Shown one piece after another: positions 27,250 to 41,219 of a stretch of DNA of 64,000 nt (positions are counted from its first letter, which is position 1; each line of letters starts with the position of its first letter). The notes below the pieces were generated by a model. It was not told the DNA's origin and did no database searches. It saw only the letters and a list, made by a program, of their open reading frames with translations. Origin of the DNA: the human T2T-CHM13v2.0 reference genome, Homo sapiens; the NCBI RefSeq assembly GCF_009914755.1, contig NC_060927.1. One strand, written 5' to 3'. The translations under genes were made by a program, and so were the position numbers.

Positions 27250-29296
27250 CTGACACGATGGAGCAGGTAACATATAAACACGCCCTTAAAATGAAAGGTG
27301 GCAAAGGAAGAAACTGGAATTATGAAAAGATATAGAATCAGGCATTTCCTGGTGGGTGATTGAGAATCCACGCCTTCTTTTCAGATACTGCCGTGAGCAT
27401 TGTTCAAAAGTGGGGGAATGCGTTGTTTCTCCGTGAAAGTTCAGCCTTCCCCCTGCCCCAACCTATGCTTGGGAAAAAGAAACCCCAACTTTGTCTAGTC
27501 TAAGCCCCGTTTTGGAACTGCATGGTTGTATGTTTTAAATCATTAAGTACATATGAATGCAATAATTGGTATTTATTACAACAACATTTTGACACCCATC
27601 TGGTTTCAGAGTTTCAAAAAATTCTTGTAGGGTTTTTTTTTTCTTTGAAGAGCTTATTATTAAGTTTTGACATGAGGAAAAGAATATTTTCTTTTTATTT
27701 TTAAGATAAACTGTTAATGTTAAGGCAATAGCACCAAGATTATTTTGATTGCTGAGCAGTTACCAAAATGTGTTCCCACTCATGCCTTAATTAATTGAAC
27801 GGAGACCATTATCTGCTTTATTACAATGTCTTGATTCATATCTTTTCAAAAACAGTGTCACAGAGCATGCACAGAGGAAGATAAGAGAAGCTTTCTGATA
27901 TTTTTAAATTTTTCACAGATACTACCTAATCTAATTTTTTCATATAGTCATCTTAGCATGAATATGATTTGTGTTCTTTTTTAGAAGCTTTTTTTCAGAT
28001 ATAAATTTTTGGAGGTTGTAATTTGCCTTTAAAAGAGAATCAGACACATTGACCATATGATTTTAGTGTGAACTTGTGAGCAATTGTAGGTTGTAGAAAT
28101 ATCAGGCAGCTTTGGAGGAGCCAGCTAGAGCAGTCATTTTAATGGTCTGTCCTCCACCTGGATTACTGCAAGAATAAAAATGCTGAGGGCCGTCTTGATG
28201 AATGTGATTCTAAGATTTCAAAACATCACTGCCAGTTTCAGACCATTTTTTATTCCTTTGATAATAACACTTCCCTTTGAAAACGTGCCAATTTATTCTT
28301 TCAAGAAAAAGCTTATCTGGTCCGTAATTAGCTGTGGTCTAAGAAAAGGATCAAAGAAGGGTACAGAATCGCTAAACCTTATTTCACTTATTAAATCATG
28401 CACGTGGTTCTAATTTCCCTGAGGTAGAATTTAGGGGTGCTCGATCTTCTTGCTAACTAAAAAAGGAGAGAAGATTCATTTTTGAAGCTAGAAGAAATGG
28501 CTTCTCAACCCTCACTCCCCCAAACTGCTGGCTTTCAAGAAGTGGCCCATGCAACTCTGACATTCATGTGGATGAGTATAAAGCATAGCCCTATATTCAG
28601 ATGATATGGCTACCACAAATTTAATTATTTATTGTTTGAATCTTGTGTTTCGAGAATTATTGAACTTCTCATTACCTAGCTCTCAAAGCACCATATTGTA
28701 CTGTGACCTTGGAAAGTACATAATATATTTTTTTACATAACATTTATGTGACTAAGGCTTGATCCATTCAGAAATTTTCATTTAGCCCTGAACATACTGT
28801 TACTATATCCTGCCATTTGCTGACACCAGAAATATGCTTTATGGTTTAAACATTCTCTAGGAATTTTTTATTTTTATTTAAAGAAAACACCCCAGATTCT
28901 AGGTAGGTGTGCTTCCTTCTTAGATTTGGATCAGGCCAGAGATGACTGGCCAGCCCACCAAAGAGGTTTCCTCCACTATTTTTGGATGTCTAGCTCCTAA
29001 AGTCATGTCACCTGCCAAAAAGGGTAGAATCCTTTTGCAAAAGAATTCAGGAAGTGAAACATAGTCCTCCAGCATTCAGTGGGCGTAAGACAAATTGTTA
29101 GTGCTGTATATATAGCAAACATCTTACAAACATGATGCATGCCAGAAATAAACAATATTGTCTCTGTATGATCAGCAAAATATGTCTAATTATCCATCTC
29201 CATCTCTGTTATATAGGATGTATAGAAATAAACAATACATATCCATGCCAAGATCACTTAAATTTAAATGAGATCTAATGTGAACTGAATACACAC

Positions 29297-29443
29297 TCCG
29301 CATCATATATAGCAGCCATCCATGACGGTGCCGAAAAAGTAGGCATTTGTGGGATGCCTAGAGGGATGTTAACTGGTAGATTTGGTACTTTGGGAAGGTT
29401 CACATTGGGTAGGTTCACATTGGGTAGGTTACTGGTTAAACTC
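29297..29443 (-). CDS. CADPS: CADPS alternative exon, 147 nt, phase 2/2 ([48 protein letters not shown])
   Basis: ccacag acceptor, weak GA|GTGTGT donor; symmetric; CAPS1 peptide. Confidence 0.95.
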
Positions 29444-30869
29444 CTGTGGAAGAAACAGACAGAAAGAAAAAATACCATCACAGTGACAATGCAGATGTGG
29501 CAGAAGCACACGACAATTGTAAATAAATTGACCAAGTCCACAGCAAGACAACAGCAAAAACTCAAGCGACACACTTCAGAAAGCAGCTTACAGATGGGAA
29601 GCTGTGGTGTGGCTCTGTATCCAGAGAAATGACAAAAGTTAATGGAAAAATTAACCACACAGTGACTTAAAAGTGCACCCATACACAATGATCACATGCC
29701 TTTGGGAGGGGCCTTTGGTTTCCATATCCATTGCCATAAGAGTCTAGAACTTTTCTCATGCTAAGAACTTGAAGTTCCTGGAATTCTTGGTGTGGCTGGG
29801 GCTGGGGTTGCTGTGAAGTCACTGGGATTGATAGAAATGGTGGAGCACTTCAATTTTCTTATTTTTAAAACAAATTACTGTTGATGGAGGCATATTTCTC
29901 AATCAGACGTTAGACACCAAATAGAGTAGGAAGTTCACCCACTTGGAGGCACACCTAATGGTGATGTACAGAAACCAAGCTCTTTCTAACTGCTGCTTCT
30001 AAAGACAGGTGTATGGGCAATGGCATGTCAGTTGATGGTGAAATTATGAAATTGTATCAAGAAGAAAGATCAGATTTGAATAATTTTATAGAACATTTAA
30101 AGAAAATAGAAACTTTCTCTCTCAAACTAAGTTCAACAAAAATGCAGAAATGTTTACACACAGAAACAGACACCAAGGAAATGAAAACAATCCCCAATTC
30201 AGCTCTTGTATTAGACTCTTTGACCAAAAGTGGATTTAAAATGTGGCTTCATATCATAATAGTTACCCTTGGAAGTGGGACAGACACTGGGAGAAAGCAT
30301 GAAAGGGACTTCTGGGGAGATTCTACTTTTTGATCTGTGTGATGGCTTACATGGGTGTGTGTTCAATTTGTGAAAATTAATCAAGCTCTGTATTTTTCTG
30401 TAAAAAGTTAAAATAAGTGACTAAAAAGTTAAAAATGTTACCTCATACCAGCCTTTTGTTTTTGGACAAAGATGGATCAACTGACGTGATGGAAGAGAGA
30501 TGGATGGTTTTATAAGTAGAGGGAGAAAATAAAACAAAACAAAACCCCCAACTTGAATCAACTGTATTTCTTTGGAAGGACGGTGTCATACACGGCTCCT
30601 CAAGCTGGCACCGTGTGTCTCAGTAGTGGCATTTTAAGGGTGTTCCATCCAGCCAAAGTCACTGGCACGGTAGAGCCCAGCCTAACTCTGCATCTGAGAG
30701 GAGCCTTCCTGTTTAAGTGAAGTTGACAGCACTTTGGCAAAGGACTTGAGGTTCTCTTTTTGGATCTTGCAGGAGAAGAGCAAGTTTTGCCAAAGCAGCT
30801 CTGCCCTGGGCAAGCTGTGTTTGACTAACAGGACTCCTGCAAGAGCTGGAGCTGCCTCTGGGCTTGCTT

Positions 30870-30962
30870 GGGTGGGGAAGTGGGGGAGTAGGGGAGTAGG
30901 GGAGTGGGGGAGTGGGGGAGTTAGGGAAGGGGGAAGTTAGGGGGTGGGGGGGTGGAGGTGGG
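30870..30962 (+). repeat. G-rich (GGGGAGTR)n tract, potential G-quadruplex
   Basis: More than ten G3-G8 runs with short loops. Confidence 0.85.
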
Positions 30963-33738
30963 TACATGCCTTCTGCTAAGTCAGAAATTCTGGACCTTGA
31001 AGATCACCTGGATACCTGTCTCCCTCTAGAAACAGATTATTCTTTCACAATGGCAATATAGCCCCAGCTCATAGACTGAAAAACCTAGAATGCAAAATTG
31101 TCTACCTGGCATTCTCTTCTGTAAGGGAAACAGGTGTCTCATAAATTTGTCCTTTACACCTCACATTTTGGGAAAGCCAATTATACATCTCTACTTGGAA
31201 CTAAAGGGTGCTCTTGTGGGAATGGTCAAGAAAAGATTAACTATATGACTATTAAACAGAAGGGAAAATGGAACTTTTCCTTTTATGTGTCTCTGTTTAA
31301 ATGGGGAATTTGCCTTTGAATTCAGTCCCTGGTGGCTCTTAGTCTTAAACACTGCCATGTAACAAAACCGTTGGCGATTTCCACTGAGACATGTGTAAGC
31401 CTATATAAGCAAATGTGATCATTAAATGATACACACACTGAATAATGATCAAGGAATTAGAAGATCTTAGAGATGGCAGCCCGGAAAGTTAAAATGTCAA
31501 TTCTGAGCAAATTAAAAGTAGCTAGGAGTGCATAACATACAAATGTATGCAAAAGCAATTTAATTTAAACATATTAGCGGGTGGCGGGTACACAAATTAG
31601 AAGCAAGCTTCATTTTGCACACAAAAATAAAAAAAATACTTCTATTAATCAAAACATATTGTATTTGTAAAATATGACATTTCAGCTAGACTACTGCACT
31701 GGACTCATAGAAACATTTCCTTCTCTTTTTTTAATGCTCTGCTTTCAAATTTTATAATGCTCTACTTTTAAAAGGATGAAACATGCTTGATATTTCTGCT
31801 TTTAGAAAAATAATGTAGTGTATTACTAGTGTTACTAATATTTCATTTGGATATTAATAACATAAAGAATCAAGGAGGTAATTCTAAGCATAATATTTTA
31901 CTAATATACATGTGAAAAGGGGGAATTTTTAAGTAGCACTTAGTTCCAATCAGGCTCCTGGAACTGCTGATGACTATAATGAATTATTACTTTGAAGAGG
32001 GCCTTTTTAGCAGCTACCTTAAAACAAGTTAGTTATGCATCTCTGAGAGAATCATAATTGGATATCTCTGGATAGTACAAGAAGTATGAATTGCAATCCT
32101 AACAACTTATATGCATTAAAATTTACACTCTTTCATTCATTTTGGGGACTCTTGAAAAAGAATAGCTTCCATTTAGGCCAAAGTGCCCATCCGTGGATGG
32201 TTTAGAAACATTCTCATCTACTCACTCTTACATGGATGAATGTCACAGATGTGTGCACGTCTCATCATTTCTATGGATAGAAATGAGTGGAGGTGAAGTC
32301 ATTCCTGCTTCTAGAATTGACTCTAATCAAGACACTGACTCCATGCAGAAGGGATATAGTTGTACCTTTCTCAAAGATTTTGGCTTTAGATTTATGGATG
32401 GGGTTGTATTTAAGATACAAAATGCCTTCTACTTTTATGAATCAGTTGTTGCATGCATATATGTAGCACATCTTGTCTTTTCTTAGTGCTTTGAGCACTG
32501 AAGCCTCTGTCAGTGTTTGTTCTTAGGTCTAATCCCTACTTTGGGGCAGGGGCATTCTCTAATATCTTCCTAGAATCTAGAGCAGTATTTTACAATCTTT
32601 TACTCATTATCACCCTGCCCCACAACTTCCTTCTCCATGAAAATTTAATACAACAGATATATAGAATATCTGTTTATGTATTATATGTAGATCTGTGCTA
32701 TATATATAAAAAGAGTAAGACGTTTTTAAGCGCCACCCTCCCACCTGAGTCAATTTTCTCAACTTATGAGCTGTAAAGCCCCCATTGAGAATGTATCATC
32801 TACAGAAAAAAAAAAAATTCCAAACTTTGTGGGACTTTAGAACCTCCCAAACATCTCTCCAACTTTATGGCTTGCCTTTGTTATAATCCATGCTGGCGAA
32901 AACTCAGCGTTTGCATGCTCTCCCTCCCTTGTATTTCTACCTTTGTACATCATCTTTCCCAGCATCCCTACCCCTTTTGAAATCCTGCTCTCAAGCTACG
33001 TTTTTCATGACCCCTTAGTGGAAATTGATTTCCCTCTATTCTTATGTCCTCATAACTTTTCCTTATGTTATTTGTAAATTACAGATTTTACATTGGCAAA
33101 TAGAGTCGTTTTTCCTTTTTCATGATAATTTTGACATTTCATAAAGTCATTTTTCTTGTGTGTATGTTGCTCAGACCCAACTAGATTGAAACCCTCATCT
33201 GGGGAAACATCCCCATAGTTTTCCCATTACATCCTTATCATTTTCAGCCTGTGTGGGTTCTTTAACAAATATGGCAATTAATCAACAAACATTTATTGAG
33301 CACCTGTTATGTTCCAGGCCCTGTTATAGGTGTTAGGGAGGCAGCGATGATCAAATGTGTATATGTGTCTGAATATGGACAGTGATATCTTCAAGAATGT
33401 TAGCATTGGAAAAGCTTTGGTTATTCAAAGTCCTTGTTTGACAAGGTAGGATACTGAGCCTCAGGGAGGTGAACTGAGGGAGGATCTCAACTCAGGACAC
33501 TTGGTGGCCCAAGGTCACCCAGCAAATTATTGGCAGAATCATGAGATCTGACACCAAGTACATTACTTGTCTATTTGACACCAGGCCACCTGCATATTGC
33601 TAAGGTGTCTTTGGTCTGATGGTTGATATGCTAATATGTTCCACCATAGTAACAATTTTACTTCACATGTATCTTATGGCATTATGTTTTATATCTTAAA
33701 TATATACAATAAAACCTATTTTCAAAAAAGATATTGAT

Positions 33739-34087
<349 letters not shown>

Positions 34088-34197
34088 TTATATGCATATC
34101 TGAGGCAGAGTGAGAAAGTGCATTTTGAGAAATGAGAATCCCAGATTTTACAGTGTGCATATATTAAGAAGCAGTGTTTAGTTCTACCATTCAGAGC

Positions 34198-34692
34198 TGA
34201 TGCAGGGCAAGAGAGCCCCAAAGTAGGGCTTAGCCCATGAGGGTTCTTGGCTTCACCCAGGAAAGAATTCAAGGGTGAGCCGATGGTAAAGTGGAAGAAA
34301 AATGCTTTATTGAAGTGGTAGTGTAAAATCTCTGGTGGTGTTACAGTGCTGTGACTGCTCCTGCAGAGCAGGGCTTTCCCACAGGCAGTGTGCTTGGAGT
34401 AGCAAGCAGCTCAGGGCAGTTTTGCAGTCATATTTATACATGCTTTTAATTACATGTAGATTAAGGAGAGGTTTATGCAAGATATTTCTAGGCAAAGGGT
34501 AGTAACATCTGGGTCATCAGGTCATTGACATGGAAATGAGTGGTAACTCCATGGCAATGGTAAACTGACAGGGCACACTGGTGGGAATGTCTTATGGAAA
34601 GCCACTTTTGCCCCATCCTTGTTTTAGCTAGTTCCCAATTTGGTCTGGTTTCTGAACCCCACCTCCAGAGTTAAGTTCTGGCTCTTGCCTCA
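34198..34692 (-). mobile_element. Solo ERV1-type LTR (MER4-group-like)
   Basis: TG...CA termini, near 4-bp TSD (gagc/gaac), gggttcttggcttcacccaggaaagaattcaaggg motif; subfamily not determined. Confidence 0.75.
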
Positions 34693-36037
34693 GAACAGTC
34701 CTAACTTGAAGTGGGCAACCATGCAGCCAAGGATTCCCCATGCCTGGAGGTGTTTAAGTAAAGATTGAGTGACCATCTGTCAGGGAAAAGGTAGTAGGCA
34801 AGGGTGGTGGAGCTACTAGACTTGGTAAGACTTTGAATGAGTTGTTTTCTAGGTTTTCTTTCATATTGAAGGCCACCATGGCTTATTACCAATGAGCTAA
34901 CACTGAAGAGCTGATGGAAATGTTGTCCATTTCTTGTTAGGACCAAAACCTCATATTCACAGCTGCCAGAAGGATTGTGGGCAACCTGCCCAACTGTGAG
35001 TGGTGACCCTACTACATGTCCTGATGGAAACCCATGAGAGGGCCATGGGCTCCAGATTTTATTGACAACTTGGGACTGTCTTTGAGAAGCTGACTATCTT
35101 TAGCTATGGTTAGAAGCAAAGAGATGACATTGTCCACCAATTCATAGAGATTCTAACCATGACTGTGTCTGGCTTAACGGAAACAGAGATGTAGCTTCCC
35201 TTTTCTCTTTTCGAAGAGATGGAAGACTGTCTTTCTAGGGAAAGGCTGCCATAGGACTCAGCCATTTTACCCTTTCCGTCAAATAACTTCAATTATTTTT
35301 GTTGTTGTTGTTTTTGTTGTTCATCTTAAATAACCTTAATTGTATCAAGCCTAAATGATGATATCTATTTTCTTTTACAGGGCCATATTTTGAAATAAGA
35401 AAATCTGAAGAATAAAGGATATTTTTCATTCTCTTTTTAGCAAACTCAATACATTGGTAGCATTTTCTTGTCAGATTGCTATTTTTCTTCAGCATTTTGC
35501 ATGCTAATTATTTTGAACATTACATTGCATTTCATTACAATGCATTTCTCATTTTACTTATAACGAGGTGCTTATAAATTTTGAAAAGAAGAAGAACAGA
35601 ACTACTTGAGGATAACAATTGTTTGAAAGAAAGGCTGTGTGTGTGTATGTATGTATTGGAAGATTCTGTGGCAAAAATGGAAAAGACTGAGCAAACTAAA
35701 TCTATTTACCTAAGTTAGTTTCTTGTTTTGGGGTGAGCTTGATGAGAAGTATGCCAAAAAGATCATTCTTCACTTGGAAAAAAAATCTAAGAAGAGAAAT
35801 GAATCTGCTTCTTCATCAACCCACCAATAAGTAGTCAGATGGAAGTTCACACTTTATTTCTATTCACGTTGTAGGAAACATGGAGAGAGTCACTCCTCTT
35901 AGCACATAACATGTCTCCAAGCTCTTTTTTACACTCCATTTTATTCCATTCTGCAAAGCTGCCCCGTGGCATCCACACTCTGTTTAAAAATCGGCTGATA
36001 CAGTGTGTGTGGTAGCTTGTATTTTAGTTAGCACTGT

Positions 36038-36362
36038 TTTTATTATTTATTTATTTATTTATTTATTTATTATTATTATTTTTTAATAGGGACTCACTCT
36101 GTCACCCCAGGCTGGAGTACAGTGGCAGGATCATGGCTCACTGTAACCTTGAACTCCTGGGCTCAAGCAATCCTCCCACCTCAGCCTCCTGAGTAGTTTG
36201 GACTACATGCTGTGCCACCATGCCTGGCTACTTTTTTTATTTTGTAGAGATGGAGTCTGGTTATGTTGCCCAGACTGGTCTTGAACTCCTGGCCTCAGGT
36301 GATCCTCTCGCCTTGGCCCCCCAAAGTGTTGGGATTACAAGTGTGAACAACCACACCCAGCC
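36038..36362 (-). mobile_element. Alu (AluJ-like) with (TTTA)n tail
   Basis: Alu body; TSD ttagtt(a/g)gcact. Confidence 0.93.
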
Positions 36363-36716
36363 CTTAGTTGGCACTTTTAAAGATCTCCACAGACTCTGAA
36401 AGGCATATACTATTTAGTATGAATTGAACAAACCACAATCATATTCACTAACAGCATAATTTTAGATAGCAAAAAGCTACTAAAAAACACACACGTATCT
36501 GCATAATTCTCAGGTTATTATTCGCAACTATTATTCCTTTATTCACAATTTGCAGACCTTTAAATTGCCCATGCAAGAGTTCAAATTTTTTTTTAATTGG
36601 TAAAAATATTCCCAAGAAAACATCCTTAGACTAAGATTTCCAGGTATGAAGATGATTTTTGAGTCTATCTTTATTTCTGATGGTATTAAGAATATTTAAT
36701 GCCCCCAAAGAAGTAG

Positions 36717-37032
<316 letters not shown>

Positions 37033-38346
37033 GTGTTTGACTTTTAAGAAATTTAACAGATTATAAAATGACTTAGTGACATTATCACGAAGTTCCATGA
37101 CAATTCTCAGACACTGGACAGGCACATTTTTAAAACTTCAGTTTTGCAGGGGAGCAAACAAGTTCATAGAGGTTTGAACCCTTGACTTCTGGCTAGTAAA
37201 TGGGCACTAAATCTAGGGCTCTTCAAGGAATAGTGAAGGATACCAATTATTCTCTTCCATGTGTGTTGGTAGTAGTAGTCTCCGTATTTAAGTGCAAGTA
37301 AGTAAATGTTATTTCAAGACCATTGTTATTTTAAAACGTAAATATTACTCATTTTAACCTTTTCCTCTTAATAGCTATTCTCCAGCACAACTGTCTTCAT
37401 TGTATTGAACATTGAAAAAAAATAGAGGCTCTCAATAATTTACCATCAAGGGATCCAGTTCTACCCTCATGAGTGAAAAGTCAGTAGGGCCATATTAAGA
37501 GACTGTTATAAACTGGAGAATAACAAACTAAAATTTAAATTTCTTGGTATTTGCAAAGGAGGAGCTACTGGTTATTAACCTCCCTGCAATAGGGAAACTC
37601 CTCTTGTGGCTCAGATGTGGAAGGGGGGCAGAAAAGCCTATTTTGCATTAATTTATCAGTGAGAGCCTTATACAGTATAACATTAGAGGAGGGTCTCAGT
37701 TCAGAAAACTGCTTAAAAATAGGCTGCAAGTCAAGGCTTCCAAACTGAGGAAAGGCCTCATGAATATTTGTTCTGGAGTTCCTAAAATGTGCTTGTAACA
37801 TCCCTCTACTTTGCTCCATACTGTTTGCTGCATCCCAAAGATGTAAAATACTAGCATGAACGAAATGATTTCCTTAAAAAAAGAAAGAAAGAAAGAAAGA
37901 AAGAAACTAACAAGGCAAATCCAGCAGTAGGCTTTACTGGAGCTTTTCAAACCATCAAACCATAACCATCAAACTCTCCATATAGGAGTCTCTATTTTTT
38001 CAGAAAGGGGAGTCTGAGACTGACCCTCTGGAGCCTCAAGTCAAGCCCTCTTCCCATTTGGGGAATGGAGATGGCACCAAGCCTGCCAAACATTTTCAAA
38101 TAAGACCTAAAATTTGCCAAACATTTGTGGAAATTGACAAACTTGCAACCCACAAGATTTCCCATAATTTATCCTGCAGGGTATATGTCCCATTTTAAAA
38201 AAAGCACACGGTTGTCAAATACATTTAGGAAAATCCGGGTTAAACAGAGTTACACAAAATTCTAGGTCAGTGGGGTAGGTATTGTTTCCTAAACATACTT
38301 GGCCATAAAGGTTTTTTTTAAAAAGGTGCATCTAAAAGGCCTAGAC

Positions 38347-38540
38347 CAGGCAATGGCAAACTATGGACCTGTTTTGTTAACAAAGTTTCATTGGAACACA
38401 GCTACACTCGTTCATTTACATACTGTCTATGACTGCTTTCATGCTACAATGACAGAGTTGAGTTGTGACAGAGATTATGTGGCTCCAAAAGCCTAAGTAT
38501 ATAGTATATGGCCTTTTATAGAAAAAGTTTGCTGACCTCC
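38347..38540. mobile_element. MER58A-type hAT element
   Basis: ggcaaactatgg...ttggaacacagc...gaaaaagtttgctgacc. Confidence 0.8.
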
Positions 38541-38911
38541 CTGCCTAGAACCCCACCGAACACACTTTGGGAAACACTGAATCCTAGAGATAACACCATT
38601 GGAGTAAGACATACCACACAAATATCACAGCCGAGTTTATATTCCTTCTTCCTTATTTATCTTGTGCAATAAGAGATTTCATTTCATGAAACGTTTTTTC
38701 AGCCTCTTCCCCTACCCTACCCACCTCCTCCATCCCCGACCCTCCTGCCATTTGGGCAAAGAAGCTATGAGCATCATAGTAGAAGAAATGTATGGTGTTT
38801 CTCTCTGTCCACAATAACAGTGAAACCCATATGACATCATTAATCCATTTCTGTATTACTCTCCAGCCATTTGTACCCAAACTCCGATGGTATCAAAAAA
38901 GGTTTCCTTAC

Positions 38912-39053
38912 TTGACTGGTTCCCATGACTCCCGCTCAAAGCCCCTGTGAATGGATTGTGCAATTGAGGACTCCATCAGATCCACATATCTAACAACAAG
39001 TGGGGCAAACAGGTCTTGCAGGTGTTTGTGAAATTTTCCATTGCACAAATTAT
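38912..39053 (-). CDS. CADPS: CADPS coding exon, 142 nt ([47 protein letters not shown]), MHD1 region
   Basis: TAG acceptor, GTAAGG donor; phase 1 to 2. Confidence 0.97.
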
Positions 39054-39110
39054 CTAGAACAGATAAGCAAAAGCTTGTTAAGAACCCACAGCTACTTTAT
39101 CAACGTACAA

Positions 39111-39111
39111 C

Positions 39112-39159
<48 letters not shown>
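39111..39159. repeat. (CA)n microsatellite with one interruption
   Basis: Direct reading. Confidence 0.97.
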
Positions 39160-39162
<3 letters not shown>

Positions 39163-39864
39163 TGATTGATTGTCTTCTACATTAAATATACTGCTTCTAA
39201 GGAAGCCAAAAAGAGAAGAGAAGGAAAAAAGTACATAAAAAGCATTGAAATGGAATTCAAAAACACTTTACCCCTTGGTATTGATCTTCTAAAAGGAAAA
39301 ACGATCATGCTACTTTAAGAAACAACAGAAACAACAATCCACACTATTTTTTTTTCTGTTTTTCTTGCACCCACTTCCCTTCTTCCCATTAAGTTCCTAG
39401 GAAGAAAGAACATTCTTCATACTCTGCCCTCCTTCATCACCCTCCCTGGGGAGGAAGGTCTATTTTATGGCTGTTGTCACTATAACATACTCTGAAATGC
39501 TTGACATGTTAGTCAGCTGGAAATTTTTTTTTCATCTAGAAAGCATCTTTTGATAAAAATTGCAAAATATGAAGAGGTTAATTAATTTGAGAGACAATCA
39601 AACACACAAAAAATGGATACCTCTTCTCACATTACTCTCAGGTTATTCTGTCTAGTTAAGAGAGAGCGTCCCTAGAACAGGATACTTTTTGGAAGAAAGG
39701 GAATACCCTTCAGCTGTATGTTTCTTTTTGGGGGGTGGGGTTAATCATAATAAAACCATGAAGAGCTATGTCAAGCCTGTAGTCTGCTTGGGATAAAGAC
39801 ATCTTAGTGATCTGTTTATCTGCACACTACTTAGGAAAGTCAAACAGTCAAAGGTAATACATAC

Positions 39865-40021
39865 AGTCAGTACGGAGAAAATCATTCAGCAGCTGAAATA
39901 GTGGAAAACTGTCCCATGTGTCTGGAGGTTGCACCTCTAAGGCTGCATCCATGTCTACTGCAAAGAGTGACAGGAACGTCTCCGCATGCTCCACCATTAA
40001 ATCTGACCACCACGCAAAGGC
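39865..40021 (-). CDS. CADPS: CADPS coding exon, 157 nt ([14 protein letters not shown]...LLNDFLRTD)
   Basis: AG and GTATGT boundaries; CAPS1 peptide; phase 0 to 1. Confidence 0.97.
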
Positions 40022-40751
40022 CTTTAAAATTTGGCAGAAAAACAATAGACAAAGAAGTGATGAGCTTCTTTCTCGGACATAAGACGTGAATTCCAGCCCT
40101 CACTGTTCAAAATTAATGGTGCATCCAGCAGGGTTTGGTAATTTTATTGTAAAGAGAACAGAATTTTTGATACAATTGGGGTGTTAAGTGTTTAAGGCAG
40201 TGCTTTGCGTTATTCCAGGCCTGCCATAGAGAGCCTTTATTCTGACCTATGGGTCAGAGGATGCTGCAGTAGAAATGACAGACGTGGAACTTCTGTTCAA
40301 TTTACAATAACTCAGTACATTTTGAGTCATGCTCTTTGTCATTGTTGTTGGCTAGTTCTTGCTCTAAGGTATTAAAATCTGGGAGTTTCTTCACTGTGTT
40401 TATGGGTTTTCTGCTGGTCTAACTTGAAAATTTGTAATTATTGTTCACTTATATCTACATATCTGGGGCTTGTCTATGGTCTCATACAAAAACTCAAGAA
40501 CTCATGTTTCCCTACACATTGGAAATGTTACTCCTATTTCATACTAAGTCAAAGAAAACCATTGTTGCAATTGTCACAAAACTTTTGAGTTGTAATCTTT
40601 TTAAGCAAGGAGGCTTTGGTTTTGTATCCAGTCTGGAGGAAAGATCAGGCTTAGGCTAGAAAACACTGAGTAAGATCAGGAGTTACTTTTCTGGGGGTTG
40701 GACACATATGTACATTGAAAACCAAAAAATATCAGTGAAGTAACTCATTTT

Positions 40752-40884
40752 CATGCACATGGGCCCTTGGAAATCATTGTGCAGGGTCTCAGGGGGTGAC
40801 ATTCACATCAGACTGGGCCAGATGTGAATTCAATTCAAAGGCATGCATGCATGTTGACTAATCATTTCTGGCAGGGAGCATGCA
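40752..40884 (-). promoter_or_regulatory. Cluster of four RBFOX UGCAUG motifs downstream of the PHVDKGE microexon
   Basis: CATGCA on + strand at 40752, 40842, 40846 and 40879. Confidence 0.6.
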
Positions 40885-41219
40885 GAATGAGTGGCAGTGT
40901 CAACAGGCCCTGTTTTGCCGATTTCAAAGAGAGCAGAAAAACAAAAACAAATTGCCAGCCTCTTCTGGTCCCCCACATCCCCATTCAATGCCGCAAAGTA
41001 TTTACATTGGAAACACTTTCCGGAGCATTCACCAAAAAAAGATGGGAAGGCATTTGAAAATATGAAAGATGATTATGGAAAAATTCCATAAATGAAAGGG
41101 TTTGTTCAATGGCCAAGCTCTTCTGTGATCTATTAGTTATTAGAGGGATATTCTAACAGCCACTAGGAGGCAGAATAGGGGTCCACCTCTCTTCTTTCAC
41201 GAGATTTCACTTTACTTAC

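Noticed and set aside
32226-32270. 45-nt exon-like segment with GTGAGT donor
   Set aside because: In-frame TGA and no supporting regulatory features; not distinguishable from a pseudo-exon
35110-35292. Coding-looking minus-strand ORF in an intron
   Set aside because: Upstream sequence is A-rich with no pyrimidine tract, and the donor is weak
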